A program made the position numbers and the translations under genes. The notes below the pieces were generated by a model. The model was not told the DNA's origin. It worked only from the letters and a program-made list of their open reading frames with translations, and did not search any database. This document shows, in pieces, positions 36,001 through 51,000 of a stretch of 64,000 bases of DNA. This stretch comes from Phoronis australis (lineage: Eukaryota; Animalia; Phoronida): assembly GCA_002633005.1 (NCBI GenBank), contig NMRA01000040.1, forward strand, positions 1,237,805 to 1,301,804, given 5' to 3'. Numbering within the stretch: the stretch's first letter is position 1; each line of letters opens with the position of its first letter.

Positions 36001-39000
36001 CGAGCATCTTTCGTTCCGTGAGCAAAAAATGATAAAAGTCTTTGTATGTAGTAACATTGACTCGGCCATCTAGCCTCTTGGTAAACTTGAACGCCTGCTG
36101 GCGAAAAAAATCTACAGTTACTGAATCCGAACTTTTTATAACAGAATTTTAGCGAAACTATTTTCTAGGCCAATGTTCCCACCAACTAGTGCTTGTGTTC
36201 ATAACATCAAACACGTAAATCGCCAACTAAAACCTGATAACGTTAAATACTACAGCCAACAATTTTGTTGTCGCTTAAAAGACCCTACAAATAGCTTTTC
36301 TCTACATCGATTTAGACAAGTGTCCAGTCGACAGTTGCCGTACAATGTAACAATCACCCCAGGTTTGAATATTCACATCGACACTACAATGCTACACTAT
36401 GTCGTCTGCGTTAATTCAATAAGTGGTCGTTTTAAAAATCAGCCCAATTCGATTAAACAATTGTTGGTCCTGTTGAGACAAACTTGTTCTTTCAATTGTG
36501 AAACCCGGGCGGCGCAGTTAGCGTTGAAATTAAAAGAAAACATTAGTAATTAGGCACCGAGTCTACAACAATAAGCCGCCACGTTCGATTATTTCCAAAA
36601 AAAAGTTTATGAACACTGCATTTTTCCGTGCTTTCAGTGAGACCTTCTGCTCCCCAACTTATCATATACAAGAAACACGGCCCACGAACAATTACTTGTT
36701 GATAGACACTCTTAGCTTAGTTTGACTTCAAACCCGCATGCATACTTGAAACCCAGACTCGAGATAATTACGTAATTCACTTGGCGGTATCCAGAAATTT
36801 TACATCAACGCGCTTTTTTGTAGCAAACCGTTGTCGCGCTACATCACGTCAATTACGTAATGCTTCTGCGAAAAAACAATTCCTTTGTAACTTTACAGGA
36901 AGTCAATGCAAATATCCAACGGGCAACTACACAAAAAACTTCAACATCATGTGAAAGACGCTACTTATAAAACATTCTGGAGTCATGTTTGGGCCTCTGA
37001 AACATAGGTAAAGTAAGCGTTCGAAATAATTTCGTACCACAAATAGCAAAATTACAGAGCCGTATTCTAACAATACACTACAGACAATGTTTAACGCAAC
37101 GTGTCAGATTCAATGTCACGGCTTCCGACATTGCCTACGCGTCTACTGCTAGAATACAGAATCATAATAATTTTCACGGCCGCGAAGACAACAGTAAGGT
37201 AACATCAAACGTCGCATCATTAGTCCAATTAGCACGTGCGCGAGAGAGACCTCCGAGTCGTGTTGTAACCAATCATTACTGTCTCCTATTGCCGTTGGCT
37301 CCATGAACGTGAAGATGTCAATTATACGGCATTAGCGAGAGAGGTTCGCACCTGCGCTCGAGACGTCATACAGTAGTTTCTGTAGGTATCTTCAATAACA
37401 AGTTTATTGTCTGTACAACTATAATGACATTTCACCGCCAGGTGACGACACGGGCACTTTTGAAAACCTATATTTTATCTATTTATCGCAAAAATGAAAG
37501 GTTGGAAAATCGTTTTAAAAATATTTTAGATGTAACATCGCAAAATATTTCCTACAATACGGTGTTTAAGGGATATTTGCGGCGACTAAAGTAATTTTGT
37601 GGGGAATTTGAAGGAGCGAGGAATCGAACTCGGTTGCTGGCAGTAGCAGCCGAACGCTATGCCGCTGAGCTTAATCTCAGTCGATATATAACGCAGCATT
37701 TTAAGCGTATTTAAATGCTAGAGACACGAGCGCTGATTTCAGCGAATGTCTGACAGAACTGGAAATTTGTGATAAAATAGAAATACGCAACGGCTTTCGG
37801 CGTTCTATTTTCAGTTGTGGTCAAAAGTAATAGATTTTATTCAAGCAGGCTATTCCGTCCCACAATAATTCCAAAACTTTTTCCTCGATCGTAAAACCGA
37901 TAATTGAGCCATAAGATAAAGTTTAAACATACCGATGACAGAATATTCTGGACAGCGAAATAACAGAAACGGCACCATACTTTTCACAACCAAGATTCCG
38001 TGCAGACTAACGAACACGGCTATAAATCCTAACCCCTCAACTGAAATCTAAATCATTGGCATAACTTTGTAGTTTGCGGAATGAAATAACTTTAGTCACG
38101 GTCTGCGTCTTCAGAGAATAAAGACCGGAAACGCGACGCGTGCCGCGTTGAGACACTTGCCACTATTACAAAGTCGTTAGATAGGACAAGCGTACGTCGT
38201 TAGGAAATCGGAAACGAGTTAGGACGCATGACGGGTCGGCAATTGGCACTTTTTGTCTTAAATCGCACGATAATCACCCGTTCAATTACAGTAAATTAAA
38301 GGTATGGATAAGACAAGGTGCTTAGATAAACAGGCGAAGTCAAGTTGCAGATGTGATTTGTAGCAAAGAGGCCACTCGGTTGGCCAACATGTCGACAGCA
38401 GACGGCTAAATGTTCGCCAAGTTACACCATCGGTTGGACATAAAGCAGCCGTGAAGGCAGTTAACTGGCCACATTTTGAGATGAGCGGGAAATTAAGTAC
38501 AAAATGCGACACAAAACCAGTTGTTGAATCAGTGGCACTGTGAGGTTTTCGGTTATTCACGTGCACCGTAAATAGTAGGTTTATTTCATGTAGCAGGCCT
38601 CCGGTCCATATTACAAATGTATAATACATAGAGAAGTACAAGATTTTTCAAATCTAAATTAATTCATATCAAGGAACTCAATTCGACGTTTCTCAGCATA
38701 AATTAAATATCTAGCAATTTTTCTCAGGACAGTTAAATCATGAGTCTGTAAAAAATTTCTGAAAAACTATCTCGTTCACCTTATCGTATCTTGGTAAGAA
38801 CAGCACACGTAGATCAGAATATAAATTACATTCGAGAAGAAAGTGTAATTCTGTTTCCTCTTTCCCACTGTCACAGCAGGGACATATTCTCTTCTCTCTA
38901 TCAAGTCCGCTAAACCTTCCCTGAAGAATCATTAAAGAACGCGCCGGGCATCTAAATCTTGCGAGGGCTACTCTGTGAAAATTATTTTCTAGACATGTTA

Positions 39001-42000
39001 TGTATTGAAGTACAAAAAGCGAAACCAAACCAGTTGTTGAATCAGTGACACTGTAAGGAATTTCGGTTATTCACGTGCACCGAATATATTTTCTTGAAGA
39101 TTACAAAATATTTTAAGAGAAAACTAACCACTCCAAAATAAATTTCCCTGAAACACGCAAGAGTGGTTTAATCTGATTGAACTTCCTCCAAGATATTTTA
39201 CGCTTCACGTTATCTGGTTGTATTATTTGAAAGGTATGTTTAAAAACATTTCGAGCTACCTTTACTAATACTGTATTCAATTTATTACGTTCATCTATCC
39301 CGCTCATCCTTTTTCGCTGACATATTGTATTTTAATGAAGACGTCATTTCCTTAGGCTGACTTACCCAAGCCAAGTGGACAGCCGTCGGCGTCGGACAGG
39401 ACCGGGCTTTTCCTCTTCCTCGGCCTTCCTTTCTGGCCGCCGCCGACGCCGTTGAAGAACGGTATCTCTGGCGTCGTGGGCGAGTATCCCGCGTCTAAAA
39501 GTGGAGTCGTCGGCAGGTAATCGCCGCGAATCAAAAGTTCATAATGTGCCCGGCAGTAAATAGTGTCATTGTGCATTCCAAACTGGTCCCCTGTCGACAG
39601 CGTGCTGTTACAGCTAGCGCACGTGAAACAGTGGAGATGATAAACAGCGTCACGAGCTCTCATTACCAACTCGTTGGCAGCGATTCCATGGAGACATCTT
39701 GCACAACGCTTGATGGCAAATCGCCTGTAACAACCACAGAACATTTCAGAGCACTAGCCTAATACAACTGAGGAATATAAAAATTGATCTGGCAAAATCC
39801 AAATTTGTTTCTTCAAAAACCAGGTTACAACAAAAATAGTGTTCCATGCCCGGTGTCTTTTCTTGGTACACGAAATGCAACTCGTGTTATTCTTTGTCGC
39901 TTTGAATCTACTTTAATACAAACTCAAAATCCGTGAAAAGCGCTTTTATTTTATGCTGGAGTACTTTCAAATTTGCGGTATTGACGGTCTAAATGTCTAA
40001 TCCTAGTTGGCACTAGAAGGTCCCAACATTAATGAAGTAAGTTCGACTCTGAACACTAAATGGCAAGTTTTTACTTGAAACAGCGAGTCATTTGCGTAAA
40101 ACATTGCGTACAAAGCACAGCAGATACCGTATACAAGCAGAACCGGAACATCAAGTTAAATTTGGAGATCTTTTCCGAGTTCGGGAATTAGACCCCAGGT
40201 TCTAGAAAGGAATGAATATTCTAAGTAAACATTTTATTTAACGTATAAGAAGGATATCAAGACGTGTATTGAATTCAATATTTACTATGAAAGCGGCAAA
40301 AGGTAGGCATAAGACACGCGGAAAGCATGCGCGCGCATCAATATACAACGAATTAGTCACCGGCGCGTATAAGTTAAACTTTTAGACGCATGCGCTTACA
40401 TCCAAAACAGTTGAGCAACATCTTACAAAAACAATAATTTAATTCTAATACGTAGACAAATTATCGTAAATACACGCATATCTTGTAGTCGGGAATGAAC
40501 TTTAAAAAGTTGATTTCTCACTAAGTATTTCATGAATATAAAGCAGAAGAATGTGCAATTTTTACATAAAGTAAAACTACCTCTAAAACGACCCAATGAA
40601 AGGTTCTTTATGAGATGAGCGCCTCTTAAAACAAGAGCGCGGCAAATCCTAACCGGATTACTTTGGTCAAACCCATCTCAGAAGGAATTAAGAGATTATG
40701 TCATAATTCAGTGGTTAAAACCATTTGTTCTGCGTCACATTGCCAGAATAGAAATGCGCTTCAAACACGAACGATGAGAGAGAGGCAAATAAGGATTCTC
40801 TTTAGACACTCATCCACAATCGTGCTTTGAGCAAATGTTTACAGACAAAATGTTGCCCTCCCCCCTTGTGATATCCTAGATCCGCCACTGGTAAATGAAG
40901 TTTGCTTTTCCGACTATGTGTCATTATTGACAGTACTCACAGAGCCGTAACTCGGCTGCATTCCGTGCAGAAAGTTTCTTGCGAGAAAAGCCAGATCACA
41001 TGAGATATCGCGATGCATTATAAGCAAAGCACGTGATCTCACAAATTTTACTCGCGAGTCTTGCGCCTACGAAACGCGCCCCTGTTAACACTTTCAAGGA
41101 GCATTTACAATAAAATTATTAAACTAAGGAAAATCGTACACATGGGCGGCGCAGCACTTAAAAAAGTGTGGGCTATAGTCCCCCCAGCCCCTATGATGCG
41201 TCGCCCATGGTACACCGTAAATCAGAGAACTAAAAGATGTTGATTTTTAATTTCGAAGGGAGAAGGTGAGTGACAGTTCCGCGGACAACCAAGTTTGAGA
41301 AGATGGCTTCCGTAGATTTCCCAAACGACAAATACTCGGTGACTGATTAAAGATGAGATTTCCATAATTTTGGACAGTGGGTGGGCGTTCATAACGGTAA
41401 TATGATTTCATTTTCTGCTTCAAAACCAACCTGAGAAAAGTGTATGTCACGTGGCAGCCATAAACAAAAACCTCGGAAGACATCTACAAATTTTTAAGCG
41501 CAAGTGCTTCAACGCCTTGGAAACATGTTTACAGTTTCATGGAAACTGGTGCAAGGGTTAAATTTCCCCGTTTTATCAAGATGTTTGTTTGCCTTCGAAT
41601 TCCAGGGTTGGTTTTCCTAAAAACCGCAGAGTTGTTCGTTTATAGAAATCGTTATCATAAACTAACATTATCGTTTAGTTAGACGTGCGCGACTTGACAA
41701 ATGCTTGAAAGCCGGGTGACAACGATCAAAAATATTGTGACGTTTCGACATGATAACGGACTACCTGTCAACACATCGTCAGGAGATAGCGCACGGAGAC
41801 AAAAACAAGCGACATTTTGGGAGTGTTATTAACGAACTAGGTGACAGTGTCTTCCTAACACTGTAGGAGAGGTTATCAGTCTAAACCTTGACAAATTACT
41901 TTTTCAAAAAAATATAGCTTCATCTTAGTGCAATTACATTAGAATTACTCCACCTCAGTCAGAAGTTAGAATCTATTCGGCAGTCCGTATCATACTCTTG

Positions 42001-45000
42001 ACAAAGAGCGCATCGCTAGAAACGTGAGGATCATATTTTAATATATTTTAGTACCGACGCTCCTCATTTTATTTTTACTATTACTATTCTATATTCTTAT
42101 CCGACGGTAACTGCACGGCATTCCAGCATCTATTTGATTCATTTGCAAATAAGAATTTAGCGTAGACTTTGAAGTTCCGCCTTCGAGGATACATTCAGAG
42201 GTACATTGTGAAACTGTTACCAAGGGCAACTGACTGAGCGTCAGTTTTTATGCAATTTGATGAGGTACTTGTTTACTCGTTAATAACGTAATTTGTTCAT
42301 TCCACCATGGCACATACTGTAGGACTCAAAAAACGTATTCTTAAAGAGGAATGTCAAACGAAGTGGACAATAGATACTAAAGTTTACAGGTATGTATTAG
42401 ACGATGTGGACCAGCTTGAACTATCAGTGGCGGATCTAGCATATCACAAGGGGGGGCCCAACATCTTGTCCGGCTGTAAGCATTTGCGCAAACCACGATT
42501 GTAGATGCGCATAGCACCAAAAAGGGGGAAGGTCGGGAGGGGGGCAAATCCCCCTCCCGCCCAGGAAATTTTTCTGTTTTTTCCTCTAAAAATCAAGCAT
42601 TTTCCTTGATTTCTGATGTATTATCCAAGAACAAAAAGGAAAAAAANNNNNNNNNNNNNNNNNNNNNNNNNNNNNNNNNNNNNNNNNNNNNNNNNNNNNN
42701 NNNNNNNNNNNNNNNNNNNNNNNNNNNNNNNNNNNNNNNNNNNNNNNNNNNNNNNNNNNNNNNNNNNNNNNNNNNNNNNNNNNNNNNNNNNNNNNNNNNN
42801 NNNNNNNNNNNNNNNNNNNNNNNNNNNNNNNNNNNNNNNNNNNNNNNNNNNNNNNNNNNNNNNNNNNNNNNNNNNNNNNNNNNNNNNNNNNNNNNNNNNN
42901 NNNNNNNNNNNNNNNNNAATCCGCCTATGACTATAACAGCTCTCTGTAAATGGTAGGACAATTGCATTGATACACATACTGCCTTCGATGTAAAAATGGA
43001 GAATAAGAGCGAATTTAGTTTAGAAAATACAAATGCAATACATATTAACAATGGCAGAGACATTAATAGGCACATCGTATGACACGGGAGAAAACTTCGT
43101 CTGGTTGTCATCACATTTCAGGTGAAGAATGGAATTGTTATCTAACAAATCAAGAACATGGGGTCAGTGACCTGGAAATCTCATTGAGAATTAAACTTTG
43201 CTTTTATTTATAATGGCTCACAACTGAACGAGTCTCCAATCAGGACGTTTCAGTGGAATGTAGTTCTTTCGTTGACGGCATCATTGAAACATCGCAACAA
43301 CGCTCATTAACTTATTTCGCCAAATTTTTAACCCCGGGCGGAAAACGAGATAATGCGAGTTCAATGGGCTTACACTAGGTAAACCATTTATGCTACTGCT
43401 GTAGCTTCAAGTATTTAAAAGCTATGATTTTGAAATGTGAATAATGTAGAAAATTGACATTTTTGAACATGTGCATTTTACCGCGTCTGACTAGAACGAT
43501 AGCTAACGTTTCTGGAATGAATTTCCGAATTTGTGAAAAGAAATAACCTGAACTTTTTGAAACATGTCATTGGTAATATTTTACAGTTTTAACAACTAAC
43601 TTGAACAAGGACACAACGACTGGCCGAGGGACAAAGACATGGCATGACCCACGCACTTGACAGACCTTATAAAACCAAACCGTGCTCTTGAAGATGGAGA
43701 CCTTTGTTTTGTTTACAGACTGGTCATTGATACTGGAATTTTTCGCATTCTTACTAGAGAGCACATCCTCCGTACATCAATATTATGACGGCTTCAATCA
43801 CTTTCTTTTCTTTCCAACAAGCCCATAATTTGCAAAGACCAGCAGGATAGAGCGTAAAATAAACCTCTTGAATTATTATCATATCGCATAAAACCGTTTC
43901 ATTTGTCTTCTCAACAGCCATCGAAAATTCAATGAGATGATTACTCAATAAAACTCAACGATCATTTTACGGCAGACGACACAATCGGCCGCTCAGACGA
44001 CACTAAAGCGCGCGCGGCATCCTGCAGCGATTCTCGCACACTCACCGTGGCAGCGGACCGCGAAGTCAAAGGAGAAAAATTTTAGCGAATTTGAAGAGTC
44101 ATTATAGAATTCATTCTTATTTCATACACTGCGTGATACTCCAGGCTTAGGCAGCTGATGTGGCGTTAAGACGTCTTAAGGAGATTATTGAGTCTTTTAA
44201 TTTCTGATAAGAACGGTATGTCATTGTTACATATGTCTGTCAAGTGGAGAGGTAGCTGGTTATTACCTCAATAGTATCATGGACTATTTATACGGATTTG
44301 AGAATTTGTATCATGGTTAAACAAGAGAGTCGGGATTTGGGAACGAGCTGGTTTATTGAGCCATAATTACGTTGCGTGCAAATGATAGTCCAGCGAACTG
44401 GCATTGTCCGAATTGTTATGCAATCAGGAAGATTTCACAGTGGTTAATATGCTCACAAAAGACTGCACGTGCTGTCTTTTCAAATGCCATCGGTCAGAGT
44501 TTGAGTTGGCTTTTTCTAATTCAACTTGTTATAATATTGTGCGTGTCAAGTTTATGGAAACATGACTTTCTGACACCTGCTTTGACAATCACGTGTCTAA
44601 CAATTTAATAATACATTACGCTATTTCTATGAGGTTTCGCTTTTTAGCTAAAATAATGGTCGGGAAAATTTCGCAACGACAAAAGAACTTAACACCGAGT
44701 ATAATACACATGCATTGAATTTACTGTCGCATTACAGCTTTGCAATTCACTTTGACTCTAACACATGTATTTCTGACGCAGAGAGTTCAGACAATAATGC
44801 ATTCAGAGACAATGCATTGCACAGTGGCTAGTGTAATATCAGACACCTAAATTCTTCTCTAGCGTACGTAATTGACCTCTCGCGGGTGCTAACTCTCAAT
44901 TTCCGCACTATTTTTCCGGTACATTATTCTCTGCACGTTGTGGCACATCCCCGCTCACGCCGCAGAGACGCGTCCATCGAGCTGCAGGAATATTTTCATT

Positions 45001-48000
45001 AGTTTCATTTTTATCAACACAGCATTACTTTGACTACACAATGAGGATGTTATCCAGTTTGCTTAATTTCTTAGCAGAAATTTTCATACTTCATGTGAAC
45101 GCATGTTAACGGCATACGAGGACAACCGCCGTGTATTGTCGAGCGCAAAAGTAAATTAGCATTTCCCCTGTGTTCATAACCACACTAATACTGTACATGA
45201 AAGTTTAATTATTTTCGTTGTCATTTTTATTGCTTAAGGGCAAAATTGCAAAGTGATTTTGCATAAAACGAATCGTCGATAATTACAGGATATGAGTTTA
45301 CAAGTAGAGACTTTTCACAGTTGATTTGTGCGTAGCGATTTTATTTCAGGTCATGCAAAGTGGCCCAGAAGAAGGGAACGACCTTAGAAGGTATAGAATT
45401 GCTTACGCGGACAGGGAATAATGTGCAGGAGCATTTAGCTGGTCCGTTTGCGTTCAAAAGGGAAAATGTACACGGGACGCGAAAAGTTGTTAGAGAGATG
45501 GAATAGGCATCCACGAGAGGGCAATAGGGTGCGCGAGGGAAGAATTTTGTGCGAGAGCATCCTCGGGCAGGCAGGGAGGTATAAGAGCTTTGATGTGAGG
45601 TTTAAGTTAAGGTTGAGTACAATTATAACTTTGAACTAAATTGGTATATACTCCATGTATATTAGCCGAAAATCTAAATTTTATTTAAGCCTAGTTGCAA
45701 ATTTGCCATCGACTTCAGACGTATGGTCAACTCAGCGGGAACGCGAGAATAAGGCAGAGCACAACACACCGTATGTAGATGTGTATTTTAGTTTCAAGCC
45801 TCGCACGCAGACCAAGTGGCTTCTGGGTGAAGTTCAGTAACGCTAGGTCCTCGCTAAAAGCATGACTTCTCGAGACTACGCGATATGTTGCCGTTTATTT
45901 TAATGAGTTCTTGTGATTTTGGCTAGATTTTAGTGAGGTCTTAGCGTAGGTCCTCGCGTTACTTAACTCTGCTCGATGTATATACCATGTCCGGAACGTT
46001 AAAGTAGGGAAAATGGGGCAATGTTGGACATGCTTCGCTGAGGATAAGTTGACCGTGCGGTAATTTATCTCCTACGGGTCGCAAATATCATTCGCCAGTA
46101 CAATACACCGCATAGCGGTGGCGGCTACGGAACAGACTTTCATAATCAATGACCGGAAAGTGTCCATCAACCCAATATTGATATGATAATCGGTAATAGG
46201 ATTTTTAAGAGGATGCATGTGCGCTGAACCCCAGCACAGATTTTGATATTAAAAAGTTTAAGTATTTTTAGCAGCTGTGGGTTGTGTAAAAGATATTTAA
46301 GAAATCAAAACCTATCAACCAGTTCATGCTAACGTAATAGTTTTTGACAGTGATGTTTCGCGGTTATTGATTATTTTCTAAAATAATCCGAAATCGACCC
46401 ATCAATTCAGTCACTAGACACGGACATTTTTAGCAAAATACGGCAGTGTTCATACTAATTCTACGCGATTTACAATTTATTCATAGGTATGATGGAGATA
46501 AGTTAAACTTTTTACAATTGTATTTACTTCAATTGATGGTCATTCGGAGAAAGAATGGAGGAGGTTTGAAATATTTTTTGAACTTCGGGATTCCGTAACT
46601 ACCCATCGGAGCGCGTCCATAGTCGATATGTGATATCAAGACAAAAACTTTTCTGTTTTCAAGAAGTTAGTCAAGATCGTTCATACATGTTTACCCAACC
46701 TTCATCCACCCATTCACATGTGTAAAGTGCTCTTCGGTAATGACGTGAATGATACAAGGTACACTCCACCATTCTTCACAACAACCTCAATCCATGTTGT
46801 CGTCTGCGTGTTCTCTCGCGCTGTTGTTTCGAGGCCTATCGAGAGCACCTGAGCGGCAGCGCTTTGCGGATTTTCCAAAATGTCAACTGTTGGCTTAGAG
46901 GTGTTATGTCCCCTCATAAACATTTGAGGAAGCTTAGAGTATTCGACACTACTCTTCAAGCCTGCTTCACTACGAATGTGAAGAGCAGGTACTTTGAAAG
47001 GCAACCGTATCATTGACATAAGAGTGAGAGGTAAAATCTTTTAAAAAGAAATAACAAATATTGAACCAACTTGACATCTACGCGTTATTTTTGGAAATGT
47101 AGACTTTTGTTTATACATGGGTAAGATCTAGACATACGTAAGGAGTAGAAAATCACTCACATAGTATTTTCTGTAACTAAAGGTGTACGCAGAAAATCTC
47201 CCAGAATACAACAGTAAAGGTAACGAGATACTATCTAGTAGAATGTTGCGTTCCGTAGGCTGTAGATATTAGCCATGCACGTGCAGGGAGTAGTGTTTTG
47301 CTTATGGAATGGAATCACTGTACTTGATCCCATACGTAACTATCACTAATCATCGGCCCGCAACGGCTGACCCGCGAAGTCGAGATCCTAACTTCATAAA
47401 TGATCTGAAACAACGCTGCAGCATTCACGCACTGATAAATGTATTATCAAGCGATGCTTTCGTAATTTGAAAGTAATTGCACATGAATGAGTACATGCAG
47501 CAATTAATATTTCGTTTCTTTAACTTTTAATTTCTGTATGGATCACCACGGAACTAAATTTTTAACTTTTTAGCCAGATAATGTATATAATTATTCTTTA
47601 TTTTTTATCGTGTACTTCTTGTTGCATTTATTACTATAATAATATATATTTTCATAAAATAAATCAACTGATTAATTTATTTCCTCGTTATTTAAAAAGA
47701 AATCTTTGTTTCATAGTCGGATCTCCAGACAAAGAGAGTGCAGTGTATATCTCTGTTAGTTCTACCTCGTTCTCTATCACGCGAGTGCGCGCGTGCTAAG
47801 CACGCGTGCTCAACTATGGACTATAGCCTCGTTCTAGCCTGCAGCGCGCAATCGACTTGTCCCTCTAAGCCGAAAATACTGTCCATGTTGATGGTTGTAT
47901 TGTCGTCCTTATCTGGAAAGTCACGTGAATTGACTAGCCACATAGGTGTCGCCTCATAGCTACACATGTTGTACGAATTAATACCAGCGTTGAACACGCA

Positions 48001-51000
48001 CACACTGAGATTGTAAACGTGTTACCGTTACCTGGCGGACATCAAAAGAATTGAAAGTATAAGATAATTTATTGTGATGAGAGTGCCTAAGTTGTGAGAA
48101 CCAACCTTCGTTGCTAAGTTACTCGTCATCACTTATATGACCAACCATGACTCAGAACAGACCGGAGCGCTCTAGTCTCTCGCATTAGTTCTATCGTCAT
48201 CCGAATAAAACAATTTAATAAACCAGTTGACGTAAGACCAATGTAGCCAATTTATGCATGTAGACTCGAGAAACACACAGCAGCAATGGTATATATCTAC
48301 AGGGTTTGCCTTCTTATGGTCAGAATGGTCCTCTTGGCAAAGTTTTCGATCCTCATTCTGACTGGGCAATTATATCGCCCTGGATGCCGCAGGCATACAG
48401 AGGCGATAGTACATCAGCATAAAAAGTTACACATTTCAAAATACAGCAAAAATCGAATGAAACATGCATAAATGCACATGGAGTTAAAATTAACACATAT
48501 CATGAATACAATTTAGTCAACATAACTTTAACATGTCCATGAAAATCTGTCGCGGTTCGCTTGAGTTTCTCTCACCGGGTACCATTTTGAGGAAGTTACG
48601 AGAAATCACGCCAGTTAACGAACAAAAAGTCCAAGGGACACAAAACTCACAATTCCACCTGACATCTTCCCATGCTATTTTGCAAGTATCACGCGCCAGG
48701 GCACGCTCTTCGCTCAGTCTCGCGCTAGCCTTAGCCCAGCTCACGGGACTCATTTGAAATATTTTATAGTCCCCAAAACCACCCAATGCGCTGTTTGGGT
48801 AATGAATGCCTTTTCGGTAGCTCGATTTTGAGGAGTATACGCCGATTCAGAACCGTATGTCATGTATCTAAAGTTTGTTCGTTTTGTGTTGGGGGAGAGG
48901 GGGGGGGGGGAGCAGGAGAGGACGGTTAAATCAGGAAGCACTGATCTTCAGACATGCTTACCCTGACCGTGAAGCTCGCAAATTACGGGAAACGATTTGG
49001 ATACTGAAAACAGGTGATTCAAAGCTCTATTTCCTGTTTAATGCGATCAGATGCAGCGACGAAGAACTTAATTTTAAATGGACCGTAGCCAAATGTAAAG
49101 AACAGATCTCGCCGAGAAGCAAGCGTTTCCATTGGTTACACCAAACAAATTGAATTCCAAGATAAAGATCTTTGATATAATTTACGGTTCACGCGTCAGT
49201 GACGTAGGTTCTGGCTAATACCTCGTGATACACTGCAACAAAATTGTCTACTCTTTTCTTGAAGCGTCAAACAAAAAGACGGCCTTCGTAATGACAGATT
49301 AAGTATTTTGGACTGACAAACGAGCGACAGACACAGGTACACTGCCAATATCCGGGGCTTTTAAACACGTGAAAATTCACTTTCTGCAACTGATCCGAAG
49401 ATAGGATGCATTTTGTTAGGGAATATTTACTCGGCGAAATATCGCCCGAGGCCGATTCTCAATTTACATTAAATCAGTGTACAGTGGCATTAGTTCCGGC
49501 GGATGAAATGTTGGGGCACCAAGACTTTTTGAGTAATGCTGAGTTGTACTTGCATACACTCTAGACATTGACAAACGTCGCACTGCTTCGTCCATTATGA
49601 CATTCTAATACGATACACAGTTATATCGGCTACTCTCACTACTGAATATACAGGGCGTGCCGATAACCAATTTTTTACCTAAGAAAATACACGAATTACG
49701 ATTTTAAAACAAAAATTTCCAACCAATAGCGAATGGAATGGCAAGGTCTTCATAGTTTTGAATGAATGGGATAGCACACCAGAGCCTAACAATTGTTCAA
49801 GAGTCGTTTTCACAGCTGTGAATCTTGTAGATGTTGGAAATACAGGCCACTGTTATTCTAGTCGGACTATTCAAACAACGATGAGCCTCCACCAAAATAA
49901 CACTGCTCACTTCTGCTGACAGGTTTGCGGTCTATAAAAAACAACTAGGGTTAGGCTAGGTTGGCAGTCACTCCGTGGCTAAGATGACACGATATGAAAC
50001 TATGCGTGCCAAGTGCTCTTACGCTTCAACAGAAAACCCCTGTAGGTTGCACTGCACAGATTAATAACCATTACGAACTAACCAGTTAAAGAGATATTTT
50101 AAGGCCCAAAACGCGTTTTGCGGGTTTTTGTTGGATGCAATAGACTTAGTGGTTTTCCGAGATAACCCCCCAACGCAAATTCGAACCCGCTGAGGAAACT
50201 CCCGGTCGCAACAAAACGCTCTATTGGCAGAGCTACACCCCCAATCGATAAGTAGCACAGTGGTTCAAGCGAATTTCACTAGTAAAGTCACCGACCATGA
50301 TTACAGCGAATATCTGCCGGACAACGGTGGGAATTGACGATTTGAAATAAAATCTGGAAAACACGAGAGGCTTTATTGTTTCAAATCTAATAACATCAAA
50401 ACTTCGTCTTGTACACCCACAATCCCAAATATGCGACTTCCGGTGGTAAAACAATAACGGCCCTTTAATAAATGGCAGAGCACTTTCCTAAAAGCTGAAA
50501 CTTACATTTTAAAGTGGTAGCAGAGAGTTCAGGATTGTCTACGTCGGCAGCTTCCTCACCGTTGTCGCAACATCGCTCTAGTCATTAATTTTGCACACAT
50601 TTTGTTCACAGCCATTTATGTTTTTCGACATTTAGCGGAGCCACGTGATGTCACTCCTTCATCTTATTCTAGGCAGTTTATGCCATGCACGTTCGGCAGA
50701 AACGGAAACCTGCATAGCGCACACTGTGTTCACTGCGCATGTCGTCACAACGCCAGTCACACTCAACTTTTTTCGCCACCGCCTCATCCATGTGAACGGC
50801 GACAGAATGACTTCGGTGGCCGAGTTTACAAAAGGTTACGGATTAACAAACAAACAAGCATAGTGGACATACACCACTCAATAGAATAAACAGTAGCCGA
50901 TCGATGGCTTTCTAGACCTAAATGCCCAACACAGTTTTCAAAGAGTGAAGTCGATCGCCTAAAGGGAGCAACCCTCATGCATGAATAGGCAAGCCACACA

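Noticed and set aside
37611-37678. Functional tRNA gene
   Set aside because: The acceptor stem does not pair properly; only A/B-box-like motifs remain.
42593-43114. Long ORFs in the ORF track
   Set aside because: They are open only because they run through the N gap.
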